This document shows, piece after piece, positions 35,579-43,834 of a DNA stretch of 64,000 nucleotides. The DNA lies in contig JBBRVE010000002.1 in NCBI GenBank assembly GCA_038247245.1, positions 10,173 through 74,172 of the forward strand. Direction: 5' to 3'. This stretch comes from Bdellovibrionales bacterium. GTDB lineage: Bacteria > Pseudomonadota > Alphaproteobacteria > Micavibrionales > UBA2020. A program made the position numbers and the translations under genes. The notes under the pieces were generated by a model. The model was given only the letters and a program-made list of their open reading frames with translations, ran no database searches and was not told the DNA's origin. The first letter of the stretch is position 1. Each line of letters opens with the position of its first letter.

Positions 35579-38500
35579 GGTTCTAAGAATCCCATGAAAT
35601 TACCTCCGGCATCATATCGCGCGCCGCCGCCAAGCGAACCGCCATAATAATCTGTTCCGCCAAACCTGTTACTACTTGTCCTCTTCACATTTCCCAATAT
35701 ATCGTTAAGAAGCTCTTGGCCTTTAGAATTCTTGGCGGCGACGTTTCCTGTCGCCTCTGGGAATACTGTTCCTTCACGACGCCCATGCTTTTCTAATGCA
35801 CGACCTGCTTTCGTTAACTGTCCACCTTTATCTATAGCTTGCCCTGCTTTGCGAAGCGCCTCTATATCACCGTGGCAATTCTGTGCGCTCTTGCGGAACG
35901 CGCCCTTAAGAATTCCACCTGCTCCGCTAACAACTCCTGCTCCAGCTGCCGCTTCTATGCCTGTGGTGAGTGGGCCCCATGGATTTATCTGATATTCAAT
36001 ATCCCCGGTCACATCTGGCGCGTTGGCGTAGTCCGCATAGAAAATAATACCAGCGGCGAAGGCAAGGGGGATGAAGAAAAATTCCCCGGTCGGGTCAACC
36101 CAGTTCACCGGGTTCTGCCCGACATAGCCGTAGGTGTTGAGGCCCCCGGCAAGACCGATGGGGTCAGAGGATATATAGCGGCCAAGCGTCGGATCATAGT
36201 CGCGCATGTAGTTGTAGTGGAGGCCGGTTTCGGCATCCGCGAACTGGCCAGGGAAGCGCAAGTTGCTCGCTGCCGCTCCCGACGTTGCATAGGTTTCGCC
36301 GAACGGCTCCTGCTGGCGGTCCCAGACGACGGCTTGCGTCGCGTCGGTCATTTTCTGGGGCGTGTTGAGGTGGTCGGGGTGGACGTAATAGATCGTGCCC
36401 GCCGCCTCGATCTGCGCCAGCGGTATGTTGCCGAGCCAGATGTATTCGCGCAGGTTGGTGCCGCTGCCATCTGATTCAGCTATCAGGCGACCGACTTCGT
36501 CGTAGTGAAAGTGGACGGTCGTCGTGCCGTCGGATTTGCTGACGCGCTGGCCAAGCGCATTGACCTTGTAGGTCGTGGTGGTGCTGCCCACCAATACGGA
36601 TTCAAGTCGGTTGCGCCCACCATAGGTGAAACTCACGTCGGGGTCGGTGGCGCGGTTGTCTGTCGCGGTATTGCCCGATGCCGTATAGGTGAAGCTGCGC
36701 GTGTTCGTGCCGTCGTTGATGCTGGAAAGCTTGTTGCTGCCGCCCGGCAGGGTCGAGGTCTGCGTGACGCCGCTTTTCACGCGCGTCAGGCGGTTGGCGT
36801 TGAAGTCATAGGTGTAATCGACCGTTCCGTAAGCGCCGACTGCCTGGCTGAGCCGGTTCAGCGTATCGAGCGTAAAAGTCTGGTTACGGCCAGATGCAAG
36901 GTTGTCGGTGATCGCCGTAATGTTGCCTGCGTTGTCATAGGCGATATCGAGGTCCTGCACATGCGTCGCTCCGTCCTCCGTCACGATATCCGTCAGCCAG
37001 TAGTTCTGGTCGAATGTCCGCGCCAGTGTGAGGCTGTTGCCGTAGGTTAGTCCTTTCAGCGGCCCGAAAGGCTCATACGTGATGCTTGATGCCAGCGTCG
37101 CGGGCGTGCCCGTGCTGGTCGCCACCGTGATGATCTTGCCGTGACTGTCATAGGTATAAGTCACAGTGCGCCCAGACGGATAGGTGACTTGGGTCACGCG
37201 GTTGGCGACATCATAGGCATAGGCCGTCGTGTAGGTCTGCGCGCCGATAGTGCGGACGCTTTGCGTCACGTTGCCCACATCGTCATAGGTGAGCGCCGTC
37301 GTGCCGCTTTCATCGGTGATGCCCGTCAGCCGCCCGACGCCCTTGTTGCCGCCCGATGTACTGTCATAGGTGAAGGCCATGTTTTCGCCGGAATAAGCCG
37401 GGAAGGTGACGGTCAGGGGACGGTTGAGCGCGTCGAAGGTACGGTTGGTAACGACGCCACGCGCATCGGTCTGGCTGGTGACGTTTTCCGCGAGGTCGTA
37501 GTTATAGACGGTCGTGCCGGTGTCGGGGCTGGTGGCCTGAATCACGCGGCTGAAGCCGTCATAAATGTAAGTGGTGGATAGTGTGCGGAAGTCGCTCTGG
37601 CTCGTCGCGTTGTCGCGGGAGTCGTAGCCGGTCGATGCCACTTTCGTCAGCGGATCGGTAACGGTTATCAGGCGGTCGAGCGCGTCGAACGCCATGTTTG
37701 TGGCATTGCTGCGCGCGTCCGTTGCCCGCGTACGGTTGCTGTTGGCGTCGTAGAGATAAGCGGTCGCCTGCGGCGAAGACGCGCCTATGTTTTTCTTGAG
37801 CCGCGAAATCTCGTCGAATTCGCGTGCCTGTTTCGCCCGCAGGGCTGGGGTCGCGTTTTTAACGTCTTCCTGAATAATGTTTCCGTCGGCATCCAGCGTG
37901 TATTCGATGCGCTCGCCCGCTTCGTTCTCGACCGCCGTCAGGCGTTGCGCATTGTCGTAGGTGTAGGTGAGTGTGGTCGCATCGGGCAGCGTGATCAGCG
38001 TCACCAGACCCGCCAGGTCGTAATCAATCGTCGTGACCTGATTACCCGCCGTCGCATTCACCGTGTAGGTCTTCAGCCGCCCCAGATCGTCATAGGTGAG
38101 ATCGGTCACAAGGCTGTTTGGATCGGTGAAGGACAGCGGCCTGCCCATGTTGTCGTAGGAAGTGATCGACGTGACCTGGCTGAGCGCGTTCGTGACGGTC
38201 GCAAGGTTTTTTTCCGTGCTGGTGTAGGTATAGGTCGTCGTGTCCGTCAGATCGGTGCGCGGGCCATCCGCCGTCAGCACGTTTCCGAGCGCGTCATAGG
38301 TATTGGTCCAGGTGCGGTTATTTCCCGTGGTGGTGTAGGGAACGGTCTGGGTTTGGCTGTCGGTCTGCTTGTAAGTGAGCCTGTTGCCAGCGGCGTCATA
38401 GGTCATGTCCACGGTCAGCCCGGTACGCGTGACCTGCGTCGGCAGACGCAGAGTCGTGTCCCAAGTCGTGCCGATGGTACGCGCCTGCGCGCCGCCGAAG

Positions 38501-39972
38501 GCTTCGGTGCGGCTCGTTTCCAGCCCCGCCGAGGAAATGGTGTGTTTGGTGACGTTGCCCTTCCAGTCAGTGTAATTCGCGGCGAAACCGTTGGCGTTGT
38601 AGGTGAACTGGGAATTTGCGGCGGGGACCGATCCCACGGCAAGGCGGTCGATGCGCGTGACTTTCGGCATGCTCTGGAGCGTTGAAAACGTGTATTTGTC
38701 CTGGCCGCCGAGCGGGCCGGTGACGGTTCTGGTGCCATCGACGTTGTAGGTGATGGTGGTCAGGCCTGCGCCGCCTGCGTGCTGGCTGGAAGTTGCCCGC
38801 CCGGTCGTGCTGTCATATGCCCATGTGGCGTAGCGGTTGCCCAGCTCGTCCGTGATGCCTGTCAGGTAGGTGGGGAAATTCGTGTCTTCGTAAAGATACG
38901 TGATGACCGGATTATCCGTTAGGCTGGGCGTGCTGTCGGGATACGTGACGGTCGATAAAATTTTCGTCAGCGCAGTGGTGCTCGGATAAGCATTGACGTA
39001 GCCGTACGTGTAAACCTCGCCGTTCGGGTCGGTCACCGTGTCCACCAAGCCGTCGCCATTGTAGGTGAGCGTCAGCGAGCGGCCCAGATTATCGGCAACC
39101 GTCGTGAGCTTGCCGGAGCTATAGGTGAGGGTCTGCGTGTATCCGTCAAGAAAGGCAATCGACTGCAATACGCCGGTGCTGTTGTAGGTCTCAACCGTTT
39201 TGTCGCCATCCGTCAGCAGCCAGTTGCTACCGGACTGGACGAGTTTGAGGACCACGTCGGTGTCGGAACTCCACACGCCACCCGACTTGTTAAAAATAGC
39301 CCGCTGTCCGTCGCCGCGCCACGCGCCCCATTTGGTAGAGCCGCTGTTTTCGAGAAAGCGCTCGTAAATGTTCCGCCAGCCTGGCCCCATCACGCCGTTC
39401 GTCAGGCGGATCTGGCTGTTATAGGTCCGCGCGAAAATGAGCGGGTGCGCGCCGGAGCCTTGGATATCGATCTTGGTCTCGAATTTATTGCCTGTGCTGA
39501 CGGTAATCGGATTGCCGCATTGGGGTTTCGAGACCCAGGGCGCATCTCCGCTCACGCCCTCTCCCAATGCAGGATCTGGGCACGCCGCGCCAAATGTCTT
39601 ACGCCCCGCTGAAACCGAGCAGCCGGATGTTGACCACGCATTTTCATCAAGGCCTGACGGGCAGCCCGACCGGATACTGAGGCTGCGGGGCAAAGTCAGG
39701 TAAAAATATTTGCAGATCCACATCGGGTGGCTGTCGCCGAACACGTCCACGCGAGATCCCATCACGAGGTCTCCGTAGGGTGATGCGTAATACGCTTTGA
39801 TGCCATCGCAGACCAATTGCGCCGTCTGGCACGAATAGCCGGGTCCCGCCCCTTGGCATCCGGAAATCAGTTGAGGGCTCGTTTCCCAGTAATACGTCTG
39901 GGCTTGCGAGGGGGACGATATGAATAGAAAGGCGAGCACAACGCCAAGCGTCATTCGGTTGAAATGTTTCAT
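35575..39972 (-). CDS. Rhs/YD-repeat polymorphic toxin with Sec signal peptide and variable C-terminal toxin domain
   Basis: 1465 aa. Signal peptide MKHFNRMTLGVVLAFLFISSPSQA, a Cys-rich ~140-aa region, the shell start GNPITVSTGNKFE, dozens of YD/RHS repeats (Y.YD..G....) and the core end [38 protein letters not shown], followed by a ~190-aa tail. Confidence 0.95.
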   Translation of the reverse strand: MKHFNRMTLGVVLAFLFISSPSQAQTYYWETSPQLISGCQGAGPGYSCQTAQLVCDGIKAYYASPYGDLVMGSRVDVFGDSHPMWICKYFYLTLPRSLSIRSGCPSGLDENAWSTSGCSVSAGRKTFGAACPDPALGEGVSGDAPWVSKPQCGNPITVSTGNKFETKIDIQGSGAHPLIFARTYNSQIRLTNGVMGPGWRNIYERFLENSGSTKWGAWRGDGQRAIFNKSGGVWSSDTDVVLKLVQSGSNWLLTDGDKTVETYNSTGVLQSIAFLDGYTQTLTYSSGKLTTVADNLGRSLTLTYNGDGLVDTVTDPNGEVYTYGYVNAYPSTTALTKILSTVTYPDSTPSLTDNPVITYLYEDTNFPTYLTGITDELGNRYATWAYDSTTGRATSSQHAGGAGLTTITYNVDGTRTVTGPLGGQDKYTFSTLQSMPKVTRIDRLAVGSVPAANSQFTYNANGFAANYTDWKGNVTKHTISSAGLETSRTEAFGGAQARTIGTTWDTTLRLPTQVTRTGLTVDMTYDAAGNRLTYKQTDSQTQTVPYTTTGNNRTWTNTYDALGNVLTADGPRTDLTDTTTYTYTSTEKNLATVTNALSQVTSITSYDNMGRPLSFTDPNSLVTDLTYDDLGRLKTYTVNATAGNQVTTIDYDLAGLVTLITLPDATTLTYTYDNAQRLTAVENEAGERIEYTLDADGNIIQEDVKNATPALRAKQAREFDEISRLKKNIGASSPQATAYLYDANSNRTRATDARSNATNMAFDALDRLITVTDPLTKVASTGYDSRDNATSQSDFRTLSTTYIYDGFSRVIQATSPDTGTTVYNYDLAENVTSQTDARGVVTNRTFDALNRPLTVTFPAYSGENMAFTYDSTSGGNKGVGRLTGITDESGTTALTYDDVGNVTQSVRTIGAQTYTTAYAYDVANRVTQVTYPSGRTVTYTYDSHGKIITVATSTGTPATLASSITYEPFGPLKGLTYGNSLTLARTFDQNYWLTDIVTEDGATHVQDLDIAYDNAGNITAITDNLASGRNQTFTLDTLNRLSQAVGAYGTVDYTYDFNANRLTRVKSGVTQTSTLPGGSNKLSSINDGTNTRSFTYTASGNTATDNRATDPDVSFTYGGRNRLESVLVGSTTTTYKVNALGQRVSKSDGTTTVHFHYDEVGRLIAESDGSGTNLREYIWLGNIPLAQIEAAGTIYYVHPDHLNTPQKMTDATQAVVWDRQQEPFGETYATSGAAASNLRFPGQFADAETGLHYNYMRDYDPTLGRYISSDPIGLAGGLNTYGYVGQNPVNWVDPTGEFFFIPLAFAAGIIFYADYANAPDVTGDIEYQINPWGPLTTGIEAAAGAGVVSGAGGILKGAFRKSAQNCHGDIEALRKAGQAIDKGGQLTKAGRALEKHGRREGTVFPEATGNVAAKNSKGQELLNDILGNVKRTSSNRFGGTDYYGGSLGGGARYDAGGNFMGFLEP

Positions 39973-40148
39973 GGACGCCTACTTTGTGTGGAGATGGGGT
40001 AATAGATAATTTTAAGCGCGAGCTCGTTAAGAAAGTATCAATAATCTCGAGTTGTAATTAAAATTAAACACTTGTTCTTAATTTTAGTGCATATCGGCGA
40101 ATGCAGCGCCTTCCGAGAACCTGAGGTATCTGATGACGGGTTTAACAG

Positions 40149-41459
40149 CTAAACGTAATATTTTATAGCCGTGTCGTCCTTTGTCATTGATTTCTTATCA
40201 AGAGAAATCACATTTGAATTATCTGAAGAAATATATTGCATGATACGTTCTGACCATTTCAAAAGCGCTTGTTCCTTTTCTTCACCATATTCGTATCTGT
40301 TATAAACAGCTGCAACACCGCTGATAATTCCATTCGAGTGATTGAGGATTTTCTCGATCACATGCGGCGCGACGCGCAGGCTTGCCATGTGGCTGGCGGC
40401 GCTGCGGCGGAGGTCGTGAACGCGCCATTCTGGCAACGCATCAAGGTCTTGGCGGGTTTTGAGGCTTTCGCCTTGTTTGATTGCGCTTTCGTGCCTTTCA
40501 TTCCTTATTCTTTGAACACGCTTATCAAGCGCATTCTTTCCTTGGGTAAATCCCGAATAAGGGGTTGTGCCTGTCGTCGTAAAAACGAGGTCGCCCATTT
40601 CAGGCGCTTTTTCTAGCAGGCTTAAAGCGAGCGCGGAAAGCGGCACATCATGCGCACGGTCGGTTTTGGTATTTTCACGCGGCAAGTGCCAAATCTTATT
40701 TTTGAAATCGATGTCTTTCCATTTAAGCGTGGCGACTTCATTGCGCCTTTGCGCAGTAACAAGCGCAAACTGGATGAAGATGCCATAGGGATAGCCTATT
40801 TCTTCGCAGGCCTCCCAGACGTCTTTAATTTCCAAGGCCGTCAAAACGCGGTCGCGTGAATTATCAGGCGTCTGCTTTGTAACGCCGTCGGCAGGCGAAA
40901 AATGGAGTATGTCGCGCTGCACGCACCACCTAAAAAATTTCTTGATATGGGCGAGGGCGCGATTGGCGGCGATGGGTGCGCCGCGATCCGTAATACGGTC
41001 GAGAATTTTAACGATATTAGCTTTCGTTACCTCATGAACCGGCAACGTACCGATTAGAGGTAGAACGTCATTATCAAAGATGCGCCTTTTTTCTTTCCAA
41101 TGCTTGTTGTGCTGCTTTGCGTATTTCTCGATGAACTGGTCAAAGGCCGAAGAAACGATATAGGCGCTTCTGGCTTTACGCTTTTGCTCGGTGGGGTCGA
41201 TATTGTCGGCAATTTTGGCTAGATGCTTGATGGCGAGGTCACGGGCTGTGTCCAGCGCGATCTTGCCGTATTGCCCGACCGTATGGATGCGCTTGCGACC
41301 GCGATGGCGATACCAGACGATAAAGGCTTTCTTGCCGGACGGATAAATGCGGCAGCCAAAACTTGGTATCTGCGTATCCCAACGGATATCCCATGCGCCG
41401 CTTTCACCGCCTGCATAGGTGAAACTGTCGATATCTCGTTTTGTTAGCTTCTGCGCCAT
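40149..41459 (-). CDS. int: P4-type tyrosine integrase with N-terminal arm-binding (DUF4102-like) domain
   Basis: Motifs GCRIYPSGKKAFIVWYRHRGRKR..TVG, TAQRRNEV, HDLRRSAASHMA and the tail LNHS...ISGVAAVYNRYEY. ATG at 41459; the ORF-track TTG is at 41465. Confidence 0.93.
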   Translation of the reverse strand: MAQKLTKRDIDSFTYAGGESGAWDIRWDTQIPSFGCRIYPSGKKAFIVWYRHRGRKRIHTVGQYGKIALDTARDLAIKHLAKIADNIDPTEQKRKARSAYIVSSAFDQFIEKYAKQHNKHWKEKRRIFDNDVLPLIGTLPVHEVTKANIVKILDRITDRGAPIAANRALAHIKKFFRWCVQRDILHFSPADGVTKQTPDNSRDRVLTALEIKDVWEACEEIGYPYGIFIQFALVTAQRRNEVATLKWKDIDFKNKIWHLPRENTKTDRAHDVPLSALALSLLEKAPEMGDLVFTTTGTTPYSGFTQGKNALDKRVQRIRNERHESAIKQGESLKTRQDLDALPEWRVHDLRRSAASHMASLRVAPHVIEKILNHSNGIISGVAAVYNRYEYGEEKEQALLKWSERIMQYISSDNSNVISLDKKSMTKDDTAIKYYV

Positions 41460-41461
41460 TT

Positions 41462-41485
41462 CCAAGTGACCTATAAGTGACCCAA
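41462..41485 (+). repeat. 24-bp repeat CCAAGTGACCTATAAGTGACCCAA, attR-proximal copy
   Basis: Exact copy of 21001-21024. Abuts the integrase start and lies 118 bp from the attR core. Confidence 0.6.
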
Positions 41486-41602
41486 TTGTAGCGAAACTAG
41501 GCGTTTTGTGGAAAACTCTAGCGTAGAATACAACAGAAAAAAGCTATTGGATACAGCACTTTAGCGCAAAACGGCGAAAGCTGGCGTAACAACCCGATAC
41601 GG

Positions 41603-41647
41603 CTACGAATCAGAAGGTTAGGAGTTCGAATCTCTTTGGGCGCACCA
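41603..41647 (+). repeat. attR core: displaced 3' 45 nt of tRNA-Arg (non-functional fragment)
   Basis: Identical to 20912-20956. There is no 5' tRNA half upstream. Confidence 0.9.
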
Positions 41648-41756
41648 CTTTTCCTCCTCCCATGAAATGAAACTGAAATGAAACGGCACCTGCGGGCTTC
41701 TCTTGCGCGGCACTTTTCGTTATGGCAATCATAGGGTTCACAACAGGGGAAACATC

Positions 41757-42647
41757 ATGACGGACGGCATCCAGCCTTGGGGCGCAGCCGAAAAAGAAGC
41801 GTGGTTTCAAAGCCAGTCTATCCAGCGTTCATACCAGACAGATGTCGTGGATCGCCTGAATGCGTTGCCGCCGGAAAATTTCAGCATGGAACAATACGGC
41901 GCGCTATCGCATGACCCCGCGCGCTATCCGCTCTATGTCGTGAAAACAAAACCGTGGAACGATGAAAACCCGACGGTGCTCATCACCGGCGGCGTGCACG
42001 GGTACGAGGATAGCGGCATCACCGGCGCGCTGCGGTTTTTGGAAGAAGTCGCGGCCGAATATGGCGACCGCGTGAATTTCGTCGTCTATCCCTGCATCAG
42101 CCCGCTGGGCTATGAAATCAACCACCGCTGGAACCGCAAAGCCGAAGACCCGAACCGCCATTTCTTCGCGGGTGGCACGGCGGAGGAATCTTTGCAGCTG
42201 ATGGCATCGGTTGAATCGCTGAAGGTGCGTTTTCGCGCCGCAGTGGATTTGCATGAAACGAATTATCGCGATGTCGACATCACGGCGGAACGCCGTGCGC
42301 GCGACGGCCAGAAATTCGAGGCGGGTGATGATTTCATCCCCGAGGGCTTTTATCTGGTCGTGCCGTCGACATCCGACGTTACGCTGGGCCATGATGTGAT
42401 CGATGCGGTGCGCAAGGTCACGCCCATCGCCATTGATGCCGAAATTCTGGGCTATCCCAGCGATAAGGGCATTATCGTGATTGATGATGTGAACACGCTG
42501 CTGCAGGATTTCGCGCGCAAGCATGCCGATGTCGCCATGACGACTGAAATCTATCCCGACAAAGCACCCAAAAAAGAAGCCGAAGACGCGCAGATCGCAA
42601 CGATCAAGACTGTCATCGCCTATGCCTTGAAAAATCCGTCGCCTTAA
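41757..42647 (+). CDS. M14-family zinc carboxypeptidase-like protein
   Basis: Motifs ITGGVHGYE (HxxE zinc site), NPNRHF and VDLHET. Start at MTDGIQPW. Confidence 0.8.
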   Translation: MTDGIQPWGAAEKEAWFQSQSIQRSYQTDVVDRLNALPPENFSMEQYGALSHDPARYPLYVVKTKPWNDENPTVLITGGVHGYEDSGITGALRFLEEVAAEYGDRVNFVVYPCISPLGYEINHRWNRKAEDPNRHFFAGGTAEESLQLMASVESLKVRFRAAVDLHETNYRDVDITAERRARDGQKFEAGDDFIPEGFYLVVPSTSDVTLGHDVIDAVRKVTPIAIDAEILGYPSDKGIIVIDDVNTLLQDFARKHADVAMTTEIYPDKAPKKEAEDAQIATIKTVIAYALKNPSP

Positions 42648-43657
42648 GGGTTCAGTCGGGGGGTTTTCTTTTTCGCAGGCGCGGGGGCTGTGGCCAGCGC
42701 CTTAAACGATTCCTCGCGCTCTGCCGCCGAGTTGAAATAGACGCGCACCGGTTCCGGATACGGGTTATCGGATGTTTTCTGGCGTTCCAGCGACATGCTG
42801 AATTTGAATGCCGCTGATGCATCGGGGCGGTCGTCGTTAAAGAACGACACGGATGTAAAATCTTCCGGCTTCACATACACGGCGCGGCCATTCGTCTGCA
42901 CCTGCGTCAGCGCACCGCTGGCGGCGGCCAGCTTGGTGGCGAAATTCACGCGGTCTGCGGTTTCTTCTTCCTTTGCGCGGCGCTGCGCCTCCCTGCTCAA
43001 TGCCTGCAGGTCGCTGACGGAGGCGTCCTTGTCTTCCAGAAGGTTGTTCAGGATCTCGCTCACGCGGTCGCGCTTGAAGGTATGGTCGTTCGTCTGCACA
43101 TCCAGCGAACCGGACGCGTTGAAATACACGTTCACCTGCGATCCGTCATCGCGGATTTCACGCACCTCTGCGGGGTCGATATACAATGCTAGGGGATTGT
43201 ACCAGCGTGCATGCGCTTCCTGCGGCTTGAATTCCAGCAGCGTTTTGCCGGTGGCGTGCACGGCATCCAGCAGCGATGAAAGCTCCGCCGGCTTGACGTG
43301 ATAGTTTTCTTCCCATCCCGCGCCCTTCACGCCGATGATCGCACCCTGCGTGCCATCCTTGGTCACTTCGGTCACGGTTGCGAAGGTCACGGCCCTGGGC
43401 GATATGAAATGCGGATATTCCTTGTCCTCGTGGCGCATGGGCAGCGAGACCAGCGGGTTGCCCGCGTCAGCGAGTTTTTGGAGCAGTGCGCCCGTGTCGA
43501 TATTGGAGCTTTTCGCGTTGAGGTAAAGCAGCACGCCCTTTTCATTAAAAATCGTCAGTTCGTCCTTTTCCGGTAAAACATGGATGGCGGTGACGGTGGA
43601 AAGGTCGACGAAGCGCGGTTTTTCTTCCGATGCGCTGATATTGACGAGGTTTTTCAT
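42644..43657 (-). CDS. hypothetical protein with internally repeated beta-rich modules
   Basis: 337 aa starting at MKNLVNIS with GGAG upstream. Recurrent (F/Y)(V/I).(P/L)..V..(I/V) segments. No family recognised. Confidence 0.65.
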   Translation of the reverse strand: MKNLVNISASEEKPRFVDLSTVTAIHVLPEKDELTIFNEKGVLLYLNAKSSNIDTGALLQKLADAGNPLVSLPMRHEDKEYPHFISPRAVTFATVTEVTKDGTQGAIIGVKGAGWEENYHVKPAELSSLLDAVHATGKTLLEFKPQEAHARWYNPLALYIDPAEVREIRDDGSQVNVYFNASGSLDVQTNDHTFKRDRVSEILNNLLEDKDASVSDLQALSREAQRRAKEEETADRVNFATKLAAASGALTQVQTNGRAVYVKPEDFTSVSFFNDDRPDASAAFKFSMSLERQKTSDNPYPEPVRVYFNSAAEREESFKALATAPAPAKKKTPRLNP

Positions 43658-43834
43658 GGGGAAGACTCCGGCTGTTGAAATGCATTCAGGCATTCTAATG
43701 CTGCTTTATGCTATGTCAAATGATTATCTTAATAATATAATGTTATCAGTAGTTAGATTTTAAATATTGAATTACGGGCAGACTTATATTATACATAACA
43801 TTATAAAAACCGGAGCCTAAACAAAGGTTAAGGC

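Larger units (their letters stand above)
20912..41647. mobile_element. genomic island of about 20.7 kb integrated into the 3' half of tRNA-Arg(ACG)
   Basis: Bounded by an exact 45-bp direct repeat of the tRNA 3' part. Contains a P4-type integrase, an AlpA-like HTH protein, a rep-like HTH protein, the Rhs arsenal and a nested mobilizable element. Composition is heterogeneous compared with the flanks. Confidence 0.85.

Noticed and set aside
41663-41684. Tandem duplication TGAAATGAAAC x2 just outside attR.
   Set aside because: It has only two copies of an 11-mer, too short to call a functional repeat. It may simply be promoter-region sequence of the M14 peptidase gene.
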